A stretch of DNA of 62,153 nt, counting the filler. It is 13 parts of 13 records of this genome, joined end to end, with 100 filler letters (N's around TTAATTAATTAA, not from the genome) between each part and the next. Parts side by side here need not be neighbours in the genome. Positions count along the whole stretch, not along the records: positions 1 to 7,988 come from SRR7504441_15346; positions 8,089 to 11,668 come from SRR7504441_15446; 11 more parts are not named here. One strand, written 5' to 3'. Below, in pieces: positions 1-11,000 of this stretch. The notes under the pieces are model-generated. The model had not been told where the DNA came from, did not search any database, and worked only from the letters and a program-made list of their open reading frames with translations. Positions within the stretch are counted from its first letter, which is position 1; each line of letters starts with the position of its first letter. The position numbers and the translations under genes were made by a program.

Positions 1-1209
1 TGCAGCAGCCTTAGCCGCCGCCTCCTTCTCTTCCTCTGCAGCAGCCCTAGCCGCCGCGTCCTCTGCAGCAGCCCTAGCTGCCTCCTCCTCAGCAGCCGCC
101 TCCGCCTCCTCTGCAGCAGCGAGCTCAGCCTCAGGCGCGACAGCCCTAGCCGCCTCCTCCTCTGCATCTAGCTCAGCATCCAGCGATGAAATCAATTCAG
201 CGGCAGCCGAATCGATCGCTGCTGCCCTCGCATCTGGCTCCTCCCCCCCAGCACGACCGGCTCTATCACACAGTGGACTCAAATCTCCCGGCTCAACCGG
301 CCGGTAGACGGGTGGCGGCGAGCCCGCAGCCAGCCCGCTCTCCTCGCCCTCGGCCGCTGGCTCGGTTGCGGCTGGCTGCTCCGGCGGTCTGGGGTGCCTG
401 AACCAGCCTGGCTGCTTCTGCTGGATCGCAGGGACTGAGAGCACCTTGTGCCGGATCCTATTCATGCAGCCCTGGGCCTCAAAGTACTCGTTGATCTGGT
501 GTTCGCTCCAGCTGGCCAGCGCCTGCTCCGGGGCCTCAAACCCGTGCAGCTCTGCCAGCTCGGCCAGCATCTGCTGCTTGGCCGCCTGCTTCACCCGCCA
601 GAACCCGGGCTGAAGCTTCCGCTGGGTCTGCGCGAACTGCTCTATCTGGGCCGCCAGCACCACCCTCGAGCGCATCCGGTCCAGCTGCCCGGCCGCCGGC
701 TGCCGGCTCTGGTCTATCGCCGCCCGGATCCGACTCGCCACTTCCTTGTGCCGCCGGGTGCTTTTATACTCGGCCCACCCGAGCGCTGGGCTGTTGTGCT
801 CCGGGTCCCGGGCCAGCGGGTCGGCCTTGGCCTCGAGCAGCGCCTCGGTCACTCCGAGGTGCCCCGAGGCCGCCGCGGTGACCAGTGCCGGCCAGCCCAG
901 CCCGTCTTTCGCGTCCGGGTCGGCCTTGGCCTCGAGCAGAACACGGGCCACCTGCCCGTGCCCTGCCTCCGCCGCCCAGCTGAGCGCGGTCCGGCCCATC
1001 CCTGGATCCCGGGCGTCCACCGGGGCCTTGGCCTCGAGCAGCAGCTCGCACACCTGCAGCAGGTTGCCCGCCGCCGCCCAGGCCAGCGCTCCCGAGCCAG
1101 ACCCGTCGGATGCGGACAGCATTTCGTCCAGCTGGGCCGGTGGTGCCGCCCGAATCAGCCGCTCGGCCGATGGGCCGTCCCCAGCACTGCAGGCCTCCAC
1201 CAGCTCCAT
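1..1209 (-). CDS. Ankyrin-repeat protein with Ala/Glu-rich (K/R)AAAEEAAA tail (3' end runs off the window)
   Basis: ATG at 1209 opens MELVEACSAGDG...ALAWAAAGNLLQVCELLLEAKAPVDARDPGMGRTALSWAAEAGHGQVARVLLEAKADPDAKDGLGWPALVTAAASGHLGVTEALLEAKADP (3-4 ankyrin repeats). It is missing from the ORF track, apparently because it has no stop inside the window. Confidence 0.85.
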   Translation of the reverse strand, partial: MELVEACSAGDGPSAERLIRAAPPAQLDEMLSASDGSGSGALAWAAAGNLLQVCELLLEAKAPVDARDPGMGRTALSWAAEAGHGQVARVLLEAKADPDAKDGLGWPALVTAAASGHLGVTEALLEAKADPLARDPEHNSPALGWAEYKSTRRHKEVASRIRAAIDQSRQPAAGQLDRMRSRVVLAAQIEQFAQTQRKLQPGFWRVKQAAKQQMLAELAELHGFEAPEQALASWSEHQINEYFEAQGCMNRIRHKVLSVPAIQQKQPGWFRHPRPPEQPAATEPAAEGEESGLAAGSPPPVYRPVEPGDLSPLCDRAGRAGGEEPDARAAAIDSAAAELISSLDAELDAEEEAARAVAPEAELAAAEEAEAAAEEEAARAAAEDAAARAAAEEEKEAAAKAAA

Positions 1210-1341
1210 CCCTCACTGCTTCAGGGCTCTGGGCTCGAGTTGAACACGCCCAGCCGAAAATGCCGTTGGCGATTAACTGCGCTCACTGCTCCAAACATCA
1301 GCTAAAACGGATCAGGAACCCCGGACGCGTGGGGAGCGAGG

Positions 1342-3099
1342 ATGATCACGTACGATCCGGACCGATGGTACGGGTTCCACAAGCTGGTCTCGATGCGGGG
1401 CTCGGTGGTGCTCTCGGTGCTCCCGCGCTGCATCTTCTCAGCCTGCCTGTGCATCCTGATCAACAAGGAAGATCTCATCTACTTCCCCAAAAACGCCTGT
1501 GTGCGCCCAAACCTGCTGCCGGCTGACCGGGCGGGGCAGATGCGTTCCAAATCTTCACGTTTGGGTTTTCTTTCCTGGTGATTATGCGCTCGAATCTTGC
1601 GTACAGCCGGTACTGGGAGGTGGGCGCTCCGCCCGGCTGGCGGGCGAGGCGTCTGGGGCAGGGGATCTCTCATGTGGTATCGATGCACTCCAAGTGGCTT
1701 GATGCGACCAGTCAGATCATCGCGTTCGACGAGCTGGCGGTCGGGCCGGCTGGAGCCTCCGGGCCAAAGTTCCGGGCCCACCTGGTGCACCTGATGTCGC
1801 TGCTCAGTGCTGTGGCCACATTGGAACTGCAAGGTACCCCCAAGCACCAGGAAGCCGTCTGACCAGACGCCTGGTGCAGGTGACGACGACACTGAAACCA
1901 TGATTGAAGCCATCAGGCCGTATGAAAGCACGGAGGAGATCTCTAGCATCACGGTCCAGCCAGGAGTCAAAGAAGCCAGTGTGAGGCCGCCTTCGTCACC
2001 AGTCAAAGTGGCACCGACCCGCGGACACGACTCGGACGAAACCTCCGCCTCGGAGTCAGAGGGCGAAGAAGACGACGAGGAAGAGCCGTGCGATGCACCT
2101 GACCTTCCAGTGATTGGAGGGATGAATCAGGTGGAGTTTGGAGAGCTGTGCAAAGCCAACGAAGAGGATGCGCAGGTTCATTATCTGACTCACAAAATGG
2201 TCCGGTTGGTCTCCAAGAGGCACAAGGAGGGGGGTCTTGCTGCCCCGCCACCAATTGTGGGCAGGATCTTCCAGGAGATTTCAAATGGCCTTTTAGGATT
2301 TGAGAACGCCAACAAAGTGGCTACAATCCCGTTTCCATTCCCGTATGCCCAGACCGTGCAGTATCTTCAACTTTCATTCATAATCACGTGCCCATTTGTG
2401 GTTGTTGCCTTTGTCGACGAACTATACTGGCAAATGATATTCACGTTCCTGGGGACGTTTTGTTTCACTGCCCTCAATGCCGTAGCCTCCGAACTCGAAG
2501 ACCCATTTGGACACGATGACAACGACCTTCCCCTACGGGCTCTCCACACTGGATTTGTGAAAAAGCTGAACCAGTTGCTCCACTCTGTCCTTACGGACGC
2601 GGATTATGAGGCTCTTCGGCAGGACAAAATAGAGGAGACTGAAGGCATTGAGAGTCCACAGATCGCAGCAGATCGGGACTTTGACGCTGGTCTAGATAAG
2701 ATGATGAAAGAGGCATCAAAGCTTGTTGTTGGCACAGATGGCGCGGTGCTGCACGAGCAGGTGCCAGCTTCCTTTGCCTGGGTGCTGAGATTTGGGCTTT
2801 GCTAGGCTTTCCGAGCTGTATTTGAGTCTCTCGATCAGAACGGAAACGGCGTGCTCGATCATGAAGAAACCAGAGAGCTTTGCAAACGAATAGGACTTTC
2901 GTACAGTGAAGAAAAGTACGCACATATGATGCGCAAGGTGGACCCTGAAGCCACAGGAGAGGTGAGATTTGCCTGGGGCCTGCCGACACTTGATTGATTG
3001 CTACAGATCACATTTGAATTGTTCTGGGCCTGGTTCACCAAAAAGCACAAGAAGATGCTAAAAAAGCAAGCGGCCAACAACGTCCAAGAGTCACCATGA
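1342..3099 (+). CDS. Bestrophin-family anion channel (bacterial/VCCN-like type) with C-terminal EF-hand pair; 5 short introns
   Basis: The spliced product has bestrophin motifs NLAYSRYWEG, KVATIPFPFPYAQ and ELEDPFGHDDNDLPL. After the intron at 2761-2805 comes AFRAVFESLDQNGNGVLDHEE...VDPEATGE|ITFELFWAWF. GT-AG introns lie near 1499, 1620, 1834, 2761 and 2962; TGA is at 3097-3099. Confidence 0.88.
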
Positions 3100-3356
3100 G
3101 CAGTTGCGATTTCTTGTATGTGCGTGCCGGTGAAGTCAAACCTAGGCCTTGTGTCGATACTGCGAAGTCATGCAGTGAAGGTTTCTATTGACGTTTCAAA
3201 ATTTTAGTCCAAATGCGTTTACTAATAAATGCTCACTCGTCTGGTAGCAATGCTGATCATATAGCGGTGTTGCCTTAATTAATGCATTAAGATAGCGTAC
3301 GCGTTTAAAACAGGTGCCTTGGTGAATTGCGAACATTAGTCGAGTGAGTTCTGGAC

Positions 3357-4700
3357 TTATTTGTTAGCCAGATGGTCGGACCAATACCGCTTGAACACGT
3401 CCCAACCTTCAAGATCTACAAGGATGACCTCTCCATCCACAGCGCACTCCAGCGCCACGGTCACTAAAGCTTTGTGGCATCGCCATGCCTTGCGGGCAGC
3501 GACAGTGGCGCTCGAGCCGGTCACCCGAAGCTCTGCTGCTTGAGTCTCCAGTTCGGGCCGGCACTGCTCTGGGACCAGCCGAAAGCTCTGCGCGCCGCCC
3601 GCCGCACCCGCAGTCAGGCCGAACAGGCGGAGCGTGTTGGCGTGAGCGGCCTGGAGCACCTGGTCGAGCCCGATTCGCTTTATCCCGGCGATGCTCTCGG
3701 CCGTGCACCCGAGCAGCCCGGGGTGGTTGACCCCGGCTCGGCCGCCGCCGTGCTCGGCCGGGAGCAGGTCCGGGCTGTGCGAGCTCAGGCAGAGCCGGTC
3801 CAGCGGGCACTCGTACGCCAGCTGGTGCACCCGCTTGGCCTTGCGGTAGGTGACTGTGGCACTGAATCCGACGCAAAGGTTGCCAAACTGGTCGAGCAGC
3901 TCGAGCAGCGCGGCGTCCGAGCCCTCAAACCCGAGCAGCAGCACCGGTGCGTCCGGGGGCAGCAGCTCGCTCATCATCGGGACTGCTTCCTCCTGGCTCC
4001 CGGGAGGCATGTGCACCGCGATGGGCAGCTCCAGCTCCGCAGCCAGCTCCAGCTGGCCCCTCAGCGCCTGCCGCTGCAGCTGCTGCTCCACCGGGTCTGC
4101 CTCGGGCTCCAGTCCGCACGGGCCCAGCGCCACCGCCTCCGGCAGCTGCTCGGCCAGTCGGCGCACCGTCCCCCGCACTCGCGGCCACCACTCGGCGTGC
4201 TCGGCCGAGAGCCCCACCATCAACCAGAGTTCGGCCGGGCCGCCGCTGGCAGTGGCCAGCCGCCTCCAGCACTCGAACTGCTCGCCCTCGCGATGCAGCG
4301 CCTCCGGCCCGGCCACCGCCCACACAGCACCGGCCAGCCCCAGCTGCGGCCGGATCGCCTCCTCCAGCGTGCCGCAGTCGGCCTCGGCCAGCAGCCGGTG
4401 AAGGTGGCACACGGTGTCGATCGTCTGGCACCCCGGCGCGTGCGGAACCGGCGGCGGCTCCTTCTGCCGGCGCCGGCGCTCCTTCTTGTCGGCCCGCTGC
4501 CGGCTCCGACTGGGTGGTTCGTCCAGCGGCTCGTCGGCCGGTTCGGGCTGCTCCGGGGGCGCGGCCAGGCTGGGGCAGGCGCGGGCGGCGTGGCCCGGGT
4601 TGCCGCACACGTAACAGACCATCTTCTCCTTCCGCTTGGCCGCTGCCTTGGCCTTGCCGAACAGCGCCGGACCGTCCTCCGACTGCTTCTTCCGCGGCAT
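3357..4700 (-). CDS. CCHC zinc-knuckle plus TatD-like (amidohydrolase-fold) protein, catalytically degenerate; intronless
   Basis: Likely start MPRKKQ at 4700. CYVCGNPGHAARAC is a Zn knuckle. TatD-like motifs: IDTVCHL, VALGPCGLE, QLELAAELELPIAVH, VGFSATVTY, PLDRLCLSSHSP, NHP, ANTLRLFGL. Confidence 0.82.
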   Translation of the reverse strand: MPRKKQSEDGPALFGKAKAAAKRKEKMVCYVCGNPGHAARACPSLAAPPEQPEPADEPLDEPPSRSRQRADKKERRRRQKEPPPVPHAPGCQTIDTVCHLHRLLAEADCGTLEEAIRPQLGLAGAVWAVAGPEALHREGEQFECWRRLATASGGPAELWLMVGLSAEHAEWWPRVRGTVRRLAEQLPEAVALGPCGLEPEADPVEQQLQRQALRGQLELAAELELPIAVHMPPGSQEEAVPMMSELLPPDAPVLLLGFEGSDAALLELLDQFGNLCVGFSATVTYRKAKRVHQLAYECPLDRLCLSSHSPDLLPAEHGGGRAGVNHPGLLGCTAESIAGIKRIGLDQVLQAAHANTLRLFGLTAGAAGGAQSFRLVPEQCRPELETQAAELRVTGSSATVAARKAWRCHKALVTVALECAVDGEVILVDLEGWDVFKRYWSDHLANK

Positions 4701-4764
4701 TGATGAGACAGGATTCCGTTGCCAGTCATGAGCCTCGCGCCGGTTGGAGCCCGGCCAGGAGCCC

Positions 4765-7700
4765 ATGGCCAGAGCTGGCTGGCTGGCGGGAAGGCTCTGG
4801 CCGTTCACCGTGCTGGTACTCACCGCCAATGGCCTGCGCTTTTCGGCGCCTGTGCGCTGCCTCACCCCCAACCCGCCGGCCTCCTGCCCCAAGGGAGCCG
4901 CCTGGCTCGCAGCGGAAGCCGCCGCCGCCGGGAAGGTCCAGTCGCCGTCTGCGAGCGCGGCCCGGGCGAGCATGCCCGCCACCAAGTCCTACCGGCCGGT
5001 TGGGGCCCCGCTCGCGACCGCCGGCGGCACGCACGTGCAGTACGGGATCACGTGCTTCGCGGGCGACCACACACCGGTGTGGAGCCACTCGGACGTGCCC
5101 AGCTCGTCTGTGGCTCACGTGAGTCGGGACGGGAGCAACTGGACTTACACCGCCACCATCGCCAGCGCCAAGGACTTTCCCTGGAGCGGGGAGGGCGCCA
5201 ACGAGGGCGGGGCGGCCCTGATGTCCGGTGGGCTCCGAGCCGCTTCGGCTACTGACGGCTGGGGGTGCAGATGACAAGACGGTTGTGGTAGTGATGCGGA
5301 TGGGCGGCGGGGACTACTCGCCTGGGTCAGCCTGCCTCGGCTACTTTGACTATCACCTGTCGCGCTCGTCTGACGGTGGCATCTCCTGGTCGTTCCCCGA
5401 GCCGATCAGTGGTGCGGGGGCGGCGATGCCAAACCTGCTGCGAGTGGGCAAGGCGCTGGTGCTGTCTGGCGGCCGGATGTGTGGGAACGCCACGTCAGAC
5501 ATATTTCTGTGGCTGAATCGGGACGGGATGGCCAGGACAGATGAATTTGAGCCGTTTTCGCTGTCGTACTGGCACAATCAGCTGGTGACGGACGCGGCGT
5601 GCAACCAGTCGACCTCGCCTCAACCCTGTCGGTTCACACCAGGGGTCAATACTAGCTGCCGCACCGAGACGTATGCGGGCACCAGGCTGGTCAGTTTTGA
5701 CAACTATACGGGCGCTGTATATTACGGCATACACGGGCAGTATTTCTCTATGAACTTTACTCTCGACGGCAAGGACACCGTGCCTGGGCTGCTGCGGCAC
5801 ATCCCGAGCGGCACCGGAGACAAGAGCAACTGCATCTCAGCTCACGAAGACATGATTGCAGTGCCATTCAACGCCAGCGCTAGCCCTCCGCCAATGGTTG
5901 CTACAAGCAGAAAACGAGTGGTCGGATCAGCGTTAGCCGAGCGTCCAGCGGCACTGCCGGTTATCTTACGCGTGTGCACTAACATGACCACCCCCGGGTC
6001 GAGCCGCCATCCAAGTACGACAACCTGTGTCGACTCTACCCGCTTCCCTACCGACGGTGCACTCAAGCCACTTATCCTGCACGGTGCGAACTTCTCCGGT
6101 GCTGCTGGCGTGGCCTGCCGAATCGACCCTCCCCGAGGTGGCACCATCCACGTGCACACAGGCACAGACCCCACCGCACGCGAGGCCTCTCAGAACTACG
6201 TCACATTTCCTGCCAATGTGCTGAATGACAGCTATGCCATATGTAGTCCTCCGCCAAGAGTACTCGCCCCAGGACCTGGGCTGCTACGTCTGTCAATCAG
6301 CAATGCGAGTTGGGCTGGCGTGCCAGGGGTCGACGGGTTTGAAGTGGAATACTTCTCGCTGGTAGATGTCGGGCTCGGCAAGCGGCCTTATTACAGCGGA
6401 GACCGCAGCACGGCAGCGTGTGAGTTTACCAGGCAATGTGGAGACGACATAGCTCACTTGCTAGTCCGTACAAACTGCCTGGCGATGGGTGAGACGGTCG
6501 CGCACGATCTGTGCCAACAGCAACCCAGAGTGAATGCCACTTTGGCAGGCACCGACTTGGCTTGGCAGTGGACCATGATTGCAGGCGACAGAGCACTGCC
6601 TTTCAATGTCTCCGCTCTACCACCGCTTGTGCACAACGATTTGCACGTCACTATATCATACGGAGATTACACGGCGCGCCGAGTATTGCGTTTCTCACGG
6701 GTTCCTCGGCCTAGCAGAAACGATAGCACGGTTCCGGTCCAGGTCGATCATTTTACTAAGACGCTTACCATAGAAGGCCAGTCTTGGGTTGGATCTGGGC
6801 ATTACTTTGGCAACTTCACTAGTGAAGACCTCTTGAGGCTGAATTCGCGCCTGCCTCAGATGGTGCGAGACGGGATCCGCATGGGAGTGATGCTCACGCT
6901 CCCCACTGCAACTCGCTCCGTGCAGAGCGCATTCTTTTCAGCAGCCGCAGCGGCTGGCTTCAAAATCGTGTACCCAGTGCCCATCACCGACAGCTTAGGG
7001 GGTAATCTTACCGCCGAGTTGCGCCGATTAGCACCCGAGCCTGCGTTACTAGGCTGGCACATCTGCACTGACTGCTGCACGAGCCACCAGTCGATATCGG
7101 CGCTCTCCAGAGGTTATGTGGCGCTCAAGGCAATTGATCCGTACCACCCAACGTTCGGGTCTCTCAACTGCGACTCAGCTTGGTTGTTTAGCGATAATCC
7201 GTCTTACCTCCCACCAGGCTCCACAGAAGCGCCAACGCTGCGCCCAGGAGTTCAACCTGCCAGCCAACTGTCGCTGGATGTACCGTTGCTACAGAACTAT
7301 GGGTCAATCAGTACACAAATGGGCACCAATAGCTGGGGGTCTACGACCGGCGCATTTCGTCATGGGATCCCATACGGTCCTCTCGGGAACTCTCTATCAT
7401 ATCTAGGAGCCGCCAGCCGAGCCCCCAGCCAAGTGACCACTGGCCTGTGGCTCGGAGCCGTCGCAGCTGAGCTGTACTACTCTGCTGGGTGGAGGGAGGC
7501 GCCGGCTGGGCCAGCTGCAGGAGCGTTCGACCACGCCATCTCAGACTATGTCAACGGTGTCGCAGAGTTCAAGCCACACTGGCATGGTCGATTTGGCAAT
7601 ACTCGACTGACAATAGAGCTGACGAACAATGCAACCTTGCGTAGCAAAGTGTGGTACGATGCTGATGCGGACACTGCTCTAGTTGCCGTGGTGAACGGTG

Positions 7701-7885
7701 GGAACAGCAGTGTAGCCTTCACGGGCAAGGTACGTATAGTGGCAAGGTCCTTATGTGTCGGTGCACTTATCGGTGCATTGCAGGTGCTGCAAGCATTCAA
7801 TCATCGGATGGTGTTTGCCACCTTCAATCAAACTCTGGCCAATGCAAGCGCGACGATACTCAAACTGCCAGGCTACCAAAGGTAG
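4765..7885 (+). CDS. Secreted multidomain glycan-active protein: Asp-box (BNR/sialidase-like) propeller + IPT/TIG-like domain + putative glycoside hydrolase TIM barrel
   Basis: Signal-like start MARAGWLAGRLWPFTVLVLTANG. Asp-boxes SRDGSNW and SSDGGISW. The intron at about 5228-5270 joins ORF 4744 to ORF 5228. LILHGANF...FPANVLNDSYAICSPP is IPT-like; LTIEGQSWVGSGHY...PALLGWHICTDCC is GH-barrel-like. Many N-glycosylation sequons. Confidence 0.6.
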
Positions 7886-7988
7886 CGTGGGGATCAACCG
7901 CGAGCCTCCGGCCCGCATCGGTACCGCATTGGCATCACACATAAACCATAGAATTACATCAAAGCACGGGGATAAAATTGTCAGAATC

Positions 7989-8088
7989 NNNNNNNNNNNN
8001 NNNNNNNNNNNNNNNNNNNNNNNNNNNNNNNNTTAATTAATTAANNNNNNNNNNNNNNNNNNNNNNNNNNNNNNNNNNNNNNNNNNNN
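7989..8088. other. Artificial contig-joining spacer (N-run, TTAATTAATTAA, N-run); 12 such spacers give 13 contigs
   Basis: 100-nt spacers with an all-frame-stop core at 7989, 11669, 16056, 23840, 26999, 30434, 34224, 38402, 43276, 47440, 53439 and 57558. Confidence 0.98.
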
Positions 8089-11000
8089 GCTGCGCCGGCT
8101 GCTGGACATTCCGAGCAGTTCAGAGAGCGCCAAGTTGGCGGTACAGCTGTTCCCTTGCTTTGATCGTGACAGCAATGGGTTGCTGGATTTCCGTGAGGTG
8201 TTTGTCGGCATGGCCATGCTGTGCTCTGACACAAGGGAGGAGAAAATGCAGGCAGTGTTTCAGATCATGGACGCAAATGGGTCTGGCAGAATCTCGCCTC
8301 AGGAGCTTGAGCAGTTCCTCAGTGCAGTCTGTGCTTGGTGCGTGAGCGTGTCTGAGATTCAGAGTGCGGTGGCTCAAGTATTCCAAGAGGCTGACACCAA
8401 CCGGAGTGGGCTGATCACATTCCTTGAGGTGAGCAGTGTGCTAGGAGGTGGCTGACTTGGTACTTGTGTCCTTGCAGTTTATTCGCTGGCCTGGGAAGAG
8501 TGCAATTGTAACCTGGCTGGATAAGTGGCACGAGAGGCTGCTGCAAGCTTACAATGGCAAAGAAGAGTTGGCTGATAGCCAGGAGTTGGCCAAGGCACAC
8601 GGCGAGTCAGCAGTCCAGATGCAGCTAGTTGACGAGCTTGAGCGCAAACTGGCACAAGCACTGCAGGAGACTCAGCTTGAGTTGGCCCAGCAGGAAGACA
8701 GGTTGCAGCTGCTTAGTAGCCAACTTGAGCACCAGGCCACCGAGCTCATTGCAGCACAAGAGCTGGCCGAGAGCCGTAGGCGCGAGATCGAAGCGCTGCA
8801 GGCGCAGCTTAGGGACGAGCGTGCAGCGCTTGACAAGGCATTGAGCGATGTGACTGCAGCCGAGAAGGCGTGCAGCATCATGGCCAACGAGGCGTCGGGC
8901 AAGACTCGCGAGCTGCAGGACAAGCTATCTGCCGGTACAGCAGAGTGGCTGGCACAAGCCAAGCAGATGAAATCCGAACATGATGCCGAGCTGTCAAAAA
9001 TGCAGAGCTCAACCACCCTGCGGGCCGAGATGGAGGCGGCCGAGATGGAGGCCCAGCACAAGGCACTCGAGGCGGCCCAGAAGCTGGCAGACGAGCGCAA
9101 GCGTGAGCTGGATCAAGTCAAGCAGAGCATGGTCGAAGGGGAAGAGCAGATGGTCAAGCAGATGGCTGAGATTCAGAAACAGAAGAACGACGAGATCGAG
9201 CAGGTCAGGCGTGACAGCCGAGAGATGAAGCTGCAGCATGATATCAAGACAGCTGAGCTGGAGACCGAGCGTGAGCTCGAGCGGTCGCGGGTTGGGCAGG
9301 AAGGCTCGCGGCAGGAGGAACTTCGGCTGCAGCTGGAGGCCGAGCGGCAAGCTAAGCAGGTGGTTCTGGCCCAGTTGGAGAGCAGCACTCAGCTGCTAGA
9401 GCGAGACGAACAGCACCTCAACAAGGCGCAAGCCCGATTGCAACAGGAGCAGGCAGAGCTCGAGGCTCAGTCGACCGACTTGGCCACCAGGCTGGAGAAA
9501 GTGTGCGCAACCGAGACTGCGCAGGAACAGGAGCGGGAGGCACTCAAAGCCAAGGAGGCCGAGCTAGCAGCCCAGCGCGAAGAGATGGAGGAGATCCGTA
9601 AGGAGGCGGTAAGCGATCTTGAGATGCGCGAGCAGGCGCTCAACCAATCACGAGACGAGAAATCGAGTCGGCTGGAGCAGCAGGTGGCGGGGCTGGAGCA
9701 ACAGCTAGCAGTGTTATCGTCTGTGGAATCTGAACTCGCAGGAGCCAATGCCGAGCGTGAGCGGCTGGTAGCTGAGATAGCAAAGCTTTCTCCGCTCAAG
9801 GGCCAGCTGACACAGGCTGAAGCCCAGGTAGAGCAGCTTCAGTCGGAGCTCACCGATCAGCTGTCCAAGTTGGCTAACCTGGCCGAAAGCCTGCTCACAA
9901 GCTTGGATAAGCACCCATTCAGCCAGCAGGACAGCGCATCAGTTGTCGAGACCAGCTCAACTATACCGGTGAGCGACAACTCGCAGCCGTGGCGTAAATG
10001 GGCCAAGAAACGGCGCACATCGCTACAGCAAGGCGAGAGCGCAGCTGAAGCCTCGTCAGCTGTGCCTTTGCCCAAAGAGTCTGGTTGGTTCAAGGGAGAG
10101 AGTGCAGACGCAATTCAGCTGGCTTGCTGCAACGCAATTCAGACGGCGCTTGAGCAGGCGCTTGATCTGATACCAAGGGCCGAGCAGCAAGTGAGCCAGC
10201 TGCTCTCGGACTTGGAGGTGCTCCAGTTCCAACTGTCGGGCGCGTGGGAGCAGCTGGCTGCCAGCCAAAACCAACTGGCCGAGCTACAGCTCAATCCGCA
10301 GCCTGACAGCAGCAAGCAGCTGAATGAGCTTGAGTCAATGGTCGAGGCCCTCTCACAGCAGCTGCAGAACGAGAAGACTGCACACACAGCCTCTCAACAA
10401 GAAGTCTCTCGGCTGCTCGAAGCTGTGCAGGTGGCGGAGCAGCAGGCCTCACAGAGCAATCATGATGTCGGAGTTATCAGGGCCAAGCTGGACCTTTCTC
10501 GCCGGGAGCTGTCGGAGGTGCAGCATCGCCAATCTAGCAACAGTCAAAAGAAGAAGAGAAACAAGGACATGTGTGCCAAGGTGTTCCTACAATTTGCCAG
10601 CAGGTCGTCCAGTTCTTTTGATGGTACATTTGAATCAATGAGGGACCAGAATGCTCAGATGGACCTGACAGAGTTCATCCACTGGGCACGCGACTATGGG
10701 ATCACTGAGTCGTTAAGTGTGTCTCAGCTGAAATCCATATTCAACGAGGCTAACCGTGGGAGCCACGCCGATGACCGACGAGGTGACTAGTTGCTTGGCC
10801 GGTGCGCACTGAGGGCAGGCCTTATGAATCAGTCCGAGTTCGCAGCAGCTGCCGAGATTCTGAGCCAGAAGCTCACTGCCAAGGGTACTTTGAGCTGTTG
10901 GGCTTTCTGATCTCATGACAGGCAAGCAACCGTCCACCAAGCTGGTCGAGTTGCAGATGGCAATCAACAATGCTTCGATTGAGAGCTCGGTAGATGGTGG

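Noticed and set aside
448-1305. Many long overlapping or antisense ORFs in the supplied track (e.g. 448-1305, 3474-4703, 3947-5122, 34873-35922)
   Set aside because: They are shadow ORFs of GC-rich coding sequence: Arg/Pro/Gly-rich, with no motifs, and opposite a recognisable gene.
1499-1661. Introner-like transposable intron family
   Set aside because: Introns share only short GC-rich starts (e.g. GTGGGCGCTC, GTGCGCGCCC) and ends. I saw no long near-identical copies or terminal inverted repeats; an all-vs-all intron alignment would be needed to revisit this.
7989-8088. Recurring N-flanked TTAATTAATTAA as a biological repeat or CRISPR-like array
   Set aside because: These are identical 100-nt spacers with stops in all frames: an assembly concatenation artefact. 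Gene neighbourhoods across them were not interpreted.
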